A stretch of 64,000 bases of DNA. Source: an uncultured Desulfospira sp. GTDB lineage: Bacteria > Desulfobacterota > Desulfobacteria > Desulfobacterales > Desulfobacteraceae. The position numbers and the translations under genes were made by a program. The notes under the pieces were generated by a model. It saw only the letters and a program-made list of their open reading frames with translations. It was not told the origin of the DNA and made no database searches. Position 1 is the stretch's first letter. The number at the start of each line of letters is the position of its first letter. Location: assembly GCA_963663165.1 (NCBI GenBank), contig OY760175.1:2816001-2880000 (forward strand). Reading direction: 5' to 3'. Below, one piece after another: positions 44,741 through 52,958 of this stretch.

Positions 44741-45061
44741 ATGAATTACCGCTTAGCCCTCATATCGTTATGTTTCCTGGCCGGCATGGTTGCCCTGTCG
44801 GGCTGCGCCGGCGTTTCCGGCACCATTACCTATGAAACCGGCTATTACCATGGATTTTACGATCCCTATCCCTGCTGGGGATGTGTGGATCATCATCCGC
44901 CGCCACCGGACAGACCGGGAAAACCCGGCAAGCCGGGAAAGCCTGGGAACCCCGGCAAGCCGGTCGCCCCCAAACCGCCCGTCATTAAACCGCCGATTTC
45001 AGGACCTCCCGGCGGCATTGGACGGCCCAGGCCCGGAGGAGGGGGCGGCCGTAGAAGATGA
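44741..45061 (+). CDS. Pro/Gly-rich putative lipoprotein
   Basis: LSGC lipobox, (PGK)n repeats, GGAGG RBS. Confidence 0.7.
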   Translation: MNYRLALISLCFLAGMVALSGCAGVSGTITYETGYYHGFYDPYPCWGCVDHHPPPPDRPGKPGKPGKPGNPGKPVAPKPPVIKPPISGPPGGIGRPRPGGGGGRRR

Positions 45062-45077
45062 TGTTGTTTTAATTACG

Positions 45078-45108
45078 GGCCAGGCCTTATCCATGGTAAG
45101 GCCTGGCC
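45078..45108. terminator. Stem-loop between convergent genes
   Basis: ggccaggcctta...taaggcctggcc followed by a T-rich tract. Confidence 0.65.
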
Positions 45109-45109
45109 T

Positions 45110-45781
45110 TTATTTTTTCAGCCTTCTTCTGCCCGCTCCGGCAAAGCCGATCAACCCGGCACCAAACAGGAAAATGGCGGCAGGCTCGGGAACCGTTTGG
45201 GAGGATAATTCCATTGTGAATGCCAGATCCATGCCGGATCTGATTTGCCAACTGCCGGTAAATAATTGGCTGAAATCGCTTCCGTTATGCATAAAAACCC
45301 AAGATCCTTCGCCATAAGTGCTGCTGACGGCCCCCACTGCAGATTCACCACTTATCCCGTCAAAAAAATTGCTTGCACAAATGAACCAGACGTAATCTGT
45401 ACCGGTCTCCAGACTCACTCCACCAGTGTCCACGGTAAAGGATTCAAATCCGTCGGCACCGGAAGTTGAGTACATACTGCTGGTATACAAGGCATCACCG
45501 GTTATGTTTGTACCTGTCCATTTATACAGATAAAAAGCAAATTCCACGGTATCGGGATTGGTGAAGTCATTGATATAGAAAGTCACCGAGTCAAGCACGG
45601 TATCGTCTCCGGAATTCAGTGTAAAGGTCTGCCCAAAGGTAGCCGCATTGATCTCACCAAACCAACTCAGCGATTGAGAACCATCCCAGGAGGATGCCGT
45701 ATCAATAGTTGTGGCATGAGAACTGCTGATTAATAAAAAAACGGCAGATAAGGTGACAACAGCCCAGATTAACTTCTTCAT
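45110..45781 (-). CDS. PEP-CTERM surface protein
   Basis: Signal peptide; VPEPAAIFLFGAGLIGFAGAGRRR. Confidence 0.9.
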   Translation of the reverse strand: MKKLIWAVVTLSAVFLLISSSHATTIDTASSWDGSQSLSWFGEINAATFGQTFTLNSGDDTVLDSVTFYINDFTNPDTVEFAFYLYKWTGTNITGDALYTSSMYSTSGADGFESFTVDTGGVSLETGTDYVWFICASNFFDGISGESAVGAVSSTYGEGSWVFMHNGSDFSQLFTGSWQIRSGMDLAFTMELSSQTVPEPAAIFLFGAGLIGFAGAGRRRLKK

Positions 45782-46161
45782 AATTCCTGCTCCATGTTAA
45801 ATTAGAATTTACAAACCAAAACGATTCTTCATGTTCCGCCCATCCATCTCAGGCTTTTAAACAAAACTTCATTTTTTATTACCTTTTTTTCACCCATTGT
45901 TTGTTTTTATGTTTTACACCTGTTTTTTAATGGTTCAAGCTACATTTTAAGGCTGTCTTGGTGCAGGCGCCGCTGCAAGGCTGTACACGAAGATGAGGGG
46001 CATTTAGGCCGGGGAAAATCGGTTGGACTTTGTCGATGGTGCCTGCTAAGCTTTCACGCAAAAAAACAGTATGGGCCCAACAATGCCGGGCCATGGGTGT
46101 ATTGCCCGGACAACCCTGGAACATGATCCATAACCATAAGGATACTGACAAAGATACAAGA

Positions 46162-46542
46162 ATGAAGGCCGTTAAGAGGGTCATTCTGGGAATCTATTTC
46201 CTGGGCATGTGCATGTTTTTTACGCCTGTGGTTTTTGCATCGGACAACCCGGCACCCCCGTCGGACCGCCCCCCGGCCGCAGCCGGCCTGGAAGAACAGA
46301 ACAATTCACCGCGCTATCTGTGGCTGGTGGGTGAGATAGCCCTGGCAGTGATTACCGCAGTCATCCTGCTGATCATTTATAACCGGCATTTAAGGGCCGT
46401 GGTGGCGGACAAGACCCGGGAACTGCAGGAGGTTAATGCGCAGCTTGAAGATAAGGTGCGGGTTCGCACAGCGGAGCTGAGGCAAAGTACCGAGGCGTAT
46501 AAAGAGATGTCCATCCACGCCGTTTGTTGTCGCCGTCATTGA
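46162..46542 (+). pseudogene. Sensor-protein remnant (signal peptide joined to TM and signalling helix, then truncated)
   Basis: YNRHLRAVVADKTREL..LEDKVRVRTAEL with no periplasmic or kinase domain. Confidence 0.6.
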
Positions 46543-47086
46543 TGTCGGCCTGCCGGATCAATCCGGGTATGAACTGTCTGAGTATCTGCGGGCCAACACA
46601 AAGATGGGCGTCATCATTTTCACCGCCAGAACCGGGATTGACAATAAAATACAGGGCTTTTCAGCCGGGGCAGACTATTATTTCTCAAAGCCTGTGGACA
46701 GCCGGGAGCTGTCGGCTGCCATCACCAATCTGATGTGCCGGCTTGCCCCGGAGTGCCGGGAGGATACCGCCGCCGATACAGATGCATGGATATTCCGGGA
46801 AAACGGCTGGTACCTGACCTCACCCAAGGGCATAGAGATCCGCCTGACCGCCAAAGAGGGGGAGTTTATACGGCTCTTGCTGAACACAGAAAACGACTGC
46901 CTGGAAAAAGAAAAGGTCCTTCATGCAATGGGGTACTTAATTGAGGGCCCTTATGGCAACAGGGCCTTAGGCGTTATGGTGACCCGGCTTAGAAAGAAAA
47001 TCAAAACCCGGGCCGGAGACAATGCCCTGATCAAAACCGTTCACGGTTTCGGATTTTCACTGGGCGAAAAACTGCACAGGGCCTGA
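46520..47086 (+). pseudogene. OmpR-family response regulator lacking its N-terminus
   Basis: Frame reads PFVVAVIDVGLPDQSGY..GADYYFSKP..LTAKE..RLRKKI..IKTVHGFGF; first part of the receiver is missing. Confidence 0.75.
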
Positions 47087-47113
47087 TTCTTTTTTTTCTC
47101 TGCCACAAGGGCC

Positions 47114-47540
47114 TCATAAAGCTCTTCCTGGGAGCGATGGCTGTGAATCAAAAGAAAAAAACAGCCCCACGCCAAGCACGGCAATCAGGGTGAACAGGAG
47201 ACCCGCTCCCATATCAAGGCTATCAAAGACATTGTTGTAGCCTTTGCGGATAAACAGGATCACGGAAGTGAAGACCAGTCCGACAAACCGCATGACAAAA
47301 AGTCCGCCGCCTAACCAATATAATGCTCTGCCCGTTCTCGGGTTAAACAAAAACAGCGTGTTGCACATGATAAAAACAAAGGGTGCAACAGACACCACCA
47401 ATATCACGGACCGCATGGGCAGGCTGTCGTCAACATAATAAAAATACAGATTCATCACCACAGAAAACAAGATGGACAAGTAAGAGTACAGGGGCAGTTT
47501 TTTATCTTTTATGAACCGCAGGATGCCGTCTGTATAAAGT
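47114..47540 (-). pseudogene. Multi-TM membrane protein fragment (sensor-like)
   Basis: Open hydrophobic frame YTDGILRF.. begins right at the oriIS-like repeat, with no proper start. Confidence 0.5.
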
Positions 47541-47541
47541 G

Positions 47542-47602
47542 TGAGTCAAAAAGCAAGTTCTTATCTGTTACTTCTTGAGTCAAAAAGCAAGTTCTTATCT
47601 GT
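47542..47602 (+). repeat. Two tandem copies of the IS91-like terminal (oriIS-like) sequence
   Basis: 27-bp and 34-bp copies of (tacttct)tgagtcaaaaagcaagttcttatctgt, identical to 52161-52194. Confidence 0.85.
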
Positions 47603-47855
47603 GGGATCGGTCTTAAGCAGTTGGTCCACACGCTTTACCCCAAGCTTGCAGTAATTGATTTCCGCCATGAATATCAAGGCGTACAAAAGCGGTTCGTAAA
47701 TTCTGGGCCCTAAAATAAGAAACATGGTATAAACGGGAAGCGCAATTTCCCCTGCTGCGGCCAGAGTAAAGCCGAAAATGATGATAAATGTAAACCCACC
47801 GCTTAATACAAAGGAAGAAAACAGAATAGTCGGCCCGGAAGCGGTTTTGAGACGG
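47603..47855 (-). pseudogene. Internal fragment of an ABC transporter transmembrane domain
   Basis: Manual translation ..GEIALPVYTMFLILGPRIYEPLLYALIFMAEINYCKLGVKRVDQLLKTD resembles the end of a fused ABC TMD. Confidence 0.55.
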
Positions 47856-48004
47856 TATGTTAGTCTGCTTGACCCCTTCTCTTAGCTTGTCAGAACCATT
47901 GCCTCGATTAGAGAAAATTGAGACGGTGTGAGAGCGGCATTAGCCGCCCCAATATATACGTCATTACCGTGATTTACAGATACCGCGGCTGTGGTGATCT
48001 TCAT

Positions 48005-48288
48005 ATGGGTTTTCAGCATCCCTAAACGGTTACGGATTTATTTCCTTTATGACCGTACATTACTTGCAAAACTTTCTAAATGCGCATGGAATGTTATTAC
48101 AGCTTACCTTAAATCGACGGTCCCGGATAATGAAGCTGTTCCCGGTACCAGCATTGCTGTGTAGACATACGGTGACTGTCTCAATTTCAATCCCCATCTA
48201 CACGCCATGGTTTCAGGTGGTTGTTCCTTAAAAGGAAGTGGATCCTTTGGTTTGCCCAAAATGTCAGGGGGAAAAGCATCTTCCTATC
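48005..48288 (+). mobile_element. Miniature, internally deleted IS91-family remnant
   Basis: Similar to 50962-51190, then jumps to the 51728-51762 equivalent, then ends aaaagcatcttcctatc. Confidence 0.8.
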
Positions 48289-48332
48289 AGCAAAAAAATC
48301 CTATCATTTAGCAAAAAAATAGCAAAAAAGTC
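48288..48332 (+). promoter_or_regulatory. Tandem (T)AGCAAAAAA direct repeats, candidate activator site
   Basis: agcaaaaaaatcctatcatttagcaaa matches the minus-strand motif at 14322-14348. Confidence 0.5.
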
Positions 48333-48390
48333 CGAGAAATCATAAATGAAAATTTGGTATAAGTGTCCTTAAGCTGAAAAAGCCACACCC

Positions 48391-48464
48391 CAGGTAACCA
48401 AGAGCCAGAAAGCCACGGAGACTCTCTTAAAAGGACAGTAAAGCAGGATCTCCGGGTTGCCCTG
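48391..48464 (+). ncRNA. Possible degenerate cyclic-dinucleotide (GEMM/c-di-GMP-I-like) riboswitch
   Basis: aaagccacgg...ccgggttgcc matches the 3' half; the 5' GNRA stem is not recognisable. Confidence 0.3.
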
Positions 48465-48667
48465 AACAGTTAATCCCGGTGGTCTTTTTTCTATTGAACC
48501 ACCAAAAAGTTAAAAGGAGGAAGCAATGACCACCAACCTTGCAATGACCTGTCAGCCCGGAAGGATTGTATGTCATTGCAGGCAATTAAACCAAAACGGT
48601 TCTTAGGGAAATCGAAGAACAGGCAGCAACTCAAAAAAGACAAAATCGAAAAGAAAGGACAAACAAC

Positions 48668-49321
48668 ATGAAAAAATCAGTTTTAATGACAGCAGCAATC
48701 TTTTCCATGCTTCTAATGGTTTTTGCAGCTGCTTCCACAGCCGTGGCAGCAGTCACTATCTTTACAGATGAAACCGCATTTGCCCAGGTTCTTGGCGCAT
48801 ACTATCTAGAGGATTTTAGTAATTTTTCTGAAACTGGGGAGGAAGGGCCCGAATCAATAGACATGGAATCATCAAACGGGTTCAGCTACACAATAAAATC
48901 CAGTAGCTGGCTCGACCATTCCAGTAGCAGTCTCTACTATTGCGATGGTGCTGTAGCTGTCTATGATGACACCGATAATCTTATAGTTGAATTTACAGGC
49001 AACTCGGTTACCGCTTTTGGTGGAAATTTCTGGCTCACGGATATTGATGTGAACAACCAGACAGATGATGTTACCGTTGAAATTTCTTTTGCCGACGGCA
49101 GCAGCTATTCCTACCTGATTGAAAGTGCTACCGTAGATACCTTCATTGGGTTCACCAGTTCGGCATCAATCTCCTCTTTTAGTGTTACCTATAACAGCAA
49201 GAATTACTATCCCACAATGGACAACCTGTATGTGGGCAGTGCAGTTCCGGTTCCGGCTGCGGGGTGGCTTATGGGCAGCGGCCTTTTGGCCCTTGCCGGC
49301 ATCCGGCGCAAAAAAGCCTGA
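48668..49321 (+). CDS. VPLPA/PEP-CTERM surface protein
   Basis: Signal peptide; VPVPAAGWLMGSGLLALAGIRRKK; AAGGA RBS. Confidence 0.9.
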   Translation: MKKSVLMTAAIFSMLLMVFAAASTAVAAVTIFTDETAFAQVLGAYYLEDFSNFSETGEEGPESIDMESSNGFSYTIKSSSWLDHSSSSLYYCDGAVAVYDDTDNLIVEFTGNSVTAFGGNFWLTDIDVNNQTDDVTVEISFADGSSYSYLIESATVDTFIGFTSSASISSFSVTYNSKNYYPTMDNLYVGSAVPVPAAGWLMGSGLLALAGIRRKKA

Positions 49322-49349
49322 TAAATCGAAAAACAAACAGTAAGCCTAT

Positions 49350-49673
49350 CACCGGTTTTCATATGCCAGGCATCGTTTAAGTCCTTCCATGGATATGGCG
49401 GCCTGGCAATTGATAAACTGCAGACTTTCGGGGGCAACAAAAACCATTTATCTGACTGCCAAGTCCCTTGAAATCATCGCCCTGGCCATGGGCTTTTCCC
49501 AAACCGGTTCTTTCTTTTCTTCAGATTCTCCCAAGGCCCATGGCCATCTTCCAGGCGCCCGGGAAAAAGAGCAGCTTAACCTTGCCTGGCGCATTCTGGA
49601 CAGGCAGTATCATGACCCGCCCGGCCTTGACTTGCTTGCAAGGCAGACAGGACCGAACCAGACCAGCAGATAA
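49350..49673 (+). pseudogene. AraC (PchR/YbtA-like) regulator, middle fragment
   Basis: QLINC.LSGATKTIYLTAKSLEII..AWRILDRQYHDPPGLDLLARQTG.NQT. Confidence 0.65.
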
Positions 49674-49679
49674 CAGATA

Positions 49680-49940
49680 AAACAGATAGGAATCCTTTAA
49701 GCAAGATGAAGAAGTCTCAATTTCTCCGGACAGACAAAAGCCGAACCCCAAATAGGAGCTCGGATTGGTGTACTCTAAAACAGCCGGCTTGTAGAACTCA
49801 TAATCCGAAACCACCAACTGCATGCCACAGTTTAAAGGAATATGCTTAATCCCCCCCCTGCCCATGGATGGGGGAATTGTGAATTGATTTTTTGTTACAG
49901 ATTTTTTCTGATCAGGCGGAAACAGTTGAAGTATGTCCAT
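49680..49940 (-). pseudogene. AraC (PchR/YbtA-like) regulator, N-terminal fragment
   Basis: IPPSMGRG.I..I.LNCGMQLVVSDY..LGFGFCLSG. Confidence 0.6.
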
Positions 49941-50549
49941 ATGGTTTGCTGTCCTGATGGCGCAATCAATAAATGTAAAAGGACGTTCAGTCAGTACAGG
50001 GCCGCCAGGGCACTGATCGAACTGGTCCCTTTTAAGGGGGCAGTGGCCCTGGATGAGGACGCCGGGCTTATTTGTGCCAATCAGGCTGTCCGGACAGCCA
50101 TGGACCCTGCAACCGGGGATGACGGCCGTGAGTCCTGGGACACCTTCCTGGAAAAAATCAGGCCGGACTGTCTTAAATTGAAGGCCGGAGCACCAGACAG
50201 CCCCCGCAGAACAAAGATCCTGACGGATACGAAAACCCCGCTCGGGATCAAGGATGTCGAATTACGCATCATCCAGGACGATCACAATTGCACCCTTTTC
50301 CTGGTCTTATTTGACCGGTATCCGATTCAGGATGCCTGGTATTCAGTCCTGAAGGCCGGTCAGATCAGTAACCGGGAACTGGATGTGATTTACTGCGTCC
50401 TTGACGGACTTTCCAATAAAGAAATTGCCAAAGCCCTTTATATCAGCAAATTTACAGTGGAAAACCATCTTAAATCCATTTACAGAAAGCTTAAGGTTAA
50501 AAGCAGAACCCACCTGCTTTATTCCCTTTTAAAAAGTGATTGGAGATAG
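49940..50549 (+). pseudogene. LuxR-type HTH regulator, probably truncated at the N-terminus
   Basis: ISNRELDVIYCVLDGLSNKEIAKALYISKFTVENHLKSIYRKLKVKSR; no convincing start or RBS. Confidence 0.65.
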
Positions 50550-50648
50550 AGATTGGGGTCGGACCAAGCAGACTGGTGTAATGTTGTTCTTGTCCTTCCA
50601 CCCCCTTCACCTCGTCCTAGGGAATAAGAAACAAACAGGATAAGTCAG

Positions 50649-50880
50649 TCACGTCATTGGATGCGACGCCTGCGATGCGACGCCGCACCCGAGCCGGTAG
50701 GCCGACGGCCGGATGCCGTACCGTTTGCAAAAGGCCCGGGCAAAATGGCTGGAACTGCTGAAGCCTGCATCAAAGGCTGCCCGGGTGATGCTTGCCCGGT
50801 TTGAAGCAATGAGCATTCTGGCATACTCCAGACGTTCCCGGCGCAGGTACTCAAATACGTTGCACCCGAACACCTTTTTG
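50649..50880 (-). pseudogene. AraC regulator, C-terminal HTH fragment
   Basis: KKVFGCNVFEYLRRERLEYA..SITRAAFDAGFSSSSHFARAFCKRYGIRPS. Confidence 0.8.
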
Positions 50881-51943
50881 CCCATCCTGTCATCAGAAAA
50901 GGGTTGTCGAATATGGAGAATGGCTGCTGACAAATGTCTTAAAAAATGTCCCATACCGGCAATGGGTTTTCAGCATTCCTAAACGGTTACGAATTTATTT
51001 TCTTTATGACCGCACTTTACTGGCAAAACTTTCCAAATGTGCATGGAGTGTTATTACAGCTTACCTGAAATCTACGGTCCCGGATGGAGAAGCTGTTCCC
51101 GGTGCCAGTATTGCAGTGCAGACCTATGGCGACTTTCTAAATTTCAATCCCCATCTTCACGCCATAGTTTCAGATGGTTGCTTCTTAAAAGACGGCAGCT
51201 TTCAGACTGCTCCGATATTTATGCTTAAAGACCTGGAAGAAGCATTTCAGTATGAGGTGCTGAAAATGCTCAAGAAAGAGGGGAAAATCAATGATGCCAT
51301 CATTGAAAACATGCTTTCCTGGCATCATTCCGGGTTTAATGTTTATATCGGAGGCAGAATCGAGCCTGATGATAAAGTCGGGCTTGGCAACCTGGCAAGA
51401 TATATCATTCGAGCCTGTTTCTCCCAGGAAAGACTGGTCTATTTTCCGGCCGAAAAATCTGATGATGGCGTCGCTAAAATCATTTATACCGCCAAAGACG
51501 GAAAATCCCAAAAGAGGTTTAATGCTTTGGATTGGCTGGCCAGGTTGGTGACACATATTCCAGGAAGATACGAGCATACCGTTCGTTACTATGGTCACTT
51601 TTCTAACAAGTCCAGGGGGATGAGAAAGAAGGCGGAAACTGATAACACAATCCCGACAATTATGCAAAATAAGATGTCTTCAAAAGAAGCAAGGCAGAAT
51701 TGGGCCAGGTTAATCCAAAAAATTTATGAAGTTGATCCTTTGGTTTGCCCAAAATGTCAGGGTCAAATGAAACTGATTTCTTTTGTGGAAAATCTCGATG
51801 TTATAGAAAAAATTCTGCGTCACCTGGGCTTATGGGATATTCACAACCATGATCCACCGCAGGCGGTTATTTCTGAGCCCATTCCTGAGTTGGTTTATGA
51901 CTTTTCAGACTCTCAAATTCCGGCGGTTGAGTATTGGAATTGA
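50876..51943 (+). pseudogene. IS91-family HUH transposase missing its N-terminus
   Basis: Frame open from FCPSCHQKRVVEYGEW..VPYRQWVFSIPKRLR; NPHLH HUH motif; HSGFNV; LARYIIR; VRYYG; YEVDPLVCPKC. Confidence 0.9.
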
Positions 51944-52079
51944 TTTTCACTGTACGCGGGGTTTCTGGTGAGGTGCGCTTAAAATCAGCTTAAATTTTGG
52001 AATTTTCATATTTGCTTTGGAAATTTCTGATACAGACTGTTCTTTTACCTCTGTCCTGCGACATCCCTTTTTTCGGCGA

Positions 52080-52135
52080 ATGCCCCCGCCGGGCCACAGG
52101 CACAACATGTTGTGCCTGTGGCCCGGCGGGGGCAT
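52080..52135. repeat. Perfect 56-bp palindrome with no spacer
   Basis: atgcccccgccgggccacaggcacaaca | tgttgtgcctgtggcccggcgggggcat. Confidence 0.95.
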
Positions 52136-52310
52136 ATTTCAAGCTTCCAATATTTTTCTATACTTCTTGAGTCAAAAAGCAAGTTCTTATCTGTAATTAA
52201 GTATAATCAAGTAGATAGCATATGAATGAGTAGGGTTTTCTTTTTCGCTTTTGGTTGTCTCCTTTTTCTGTAAAGTTGAATTTAACTTTTATAACATACA
52301 GGATGGAAAT

Positions 52311-52472
52311 ATGGAAAAATGCGATTGGAAGATTATTGATGCTAATGAAAATCATTACGAATCAGAATGCGGCGGGGACTGGTTCTTTTTTGAGGGGACT
52401 ATAAAAGATAATGAAATGGAATTATGCCCATTTTGCGGTGAACCAATAAATGAGATAGAATCTGTACTCTAA
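52311..52472 (+). CDS. Small AT-rich zinc-ribbon-like protein (53 aa)
   Basis: C..ECG..CPFCG motifs; AGGA/GGA RBS. Confidence 0.55.
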   Translation: MEKCDWKIIDANENHYESECGGDWFFFEGTIKDNEMELCPFCGEPINEIESVL

Positions 52473-52958
52473 GCAGTAGTTTTTTGGGACAACAAAGTAC
52501 GTTATTCGGATGTTTTCTCACAGCGAGTCAACAGAATGATATCAACTGCCGCCCAGGCCTCTTTCAGAGCAGCATTCAATAACAGGGAAAGTCCACAGTA
52601 TTTTGGAAGGATGAATGCGTTAATTTTACTCTGACCCCAATTATATACCAATTATATATGAAAGAGCTTAATAAGTTGTTGAGCCCTTTCGACTTTCGTT
52701 ATGGGCTGAGCCTGGCAGATGATATGTCAGGTCAGCCCATGGTTGTTTATAACGAAATCGAGGTTAGAATCTTGATTTAAAGATGGTATTTAAAATCGTT
52801 ATATTCTATACATCCAATATCATAATTACAACAGGGTCACGTTAAATAAGCAGCAGATTGCTACGGAATGTTAATTTCCGTTTAACAGCCCCGGAATGAC
52901 TTGATATATCAACACTGAGGCAGAGCCCACAACGAAGGTTGAAAGAACAAGGAGAAGA

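Larger units (their letters stand above)
50876..52194 (+). mobile_element. 5'-truncated IS91-family rolling-circle element
   Basis: Transposase remnant followed by a long palindrome and the aagcaagttcttatc end. Confidence 0.8.

Noticed and set aside
52200..52780. Integron cassette with attC site
   Set aside because: No clear RYYYAAC...GTTRRRY pair around the hairpin and no integron integrase
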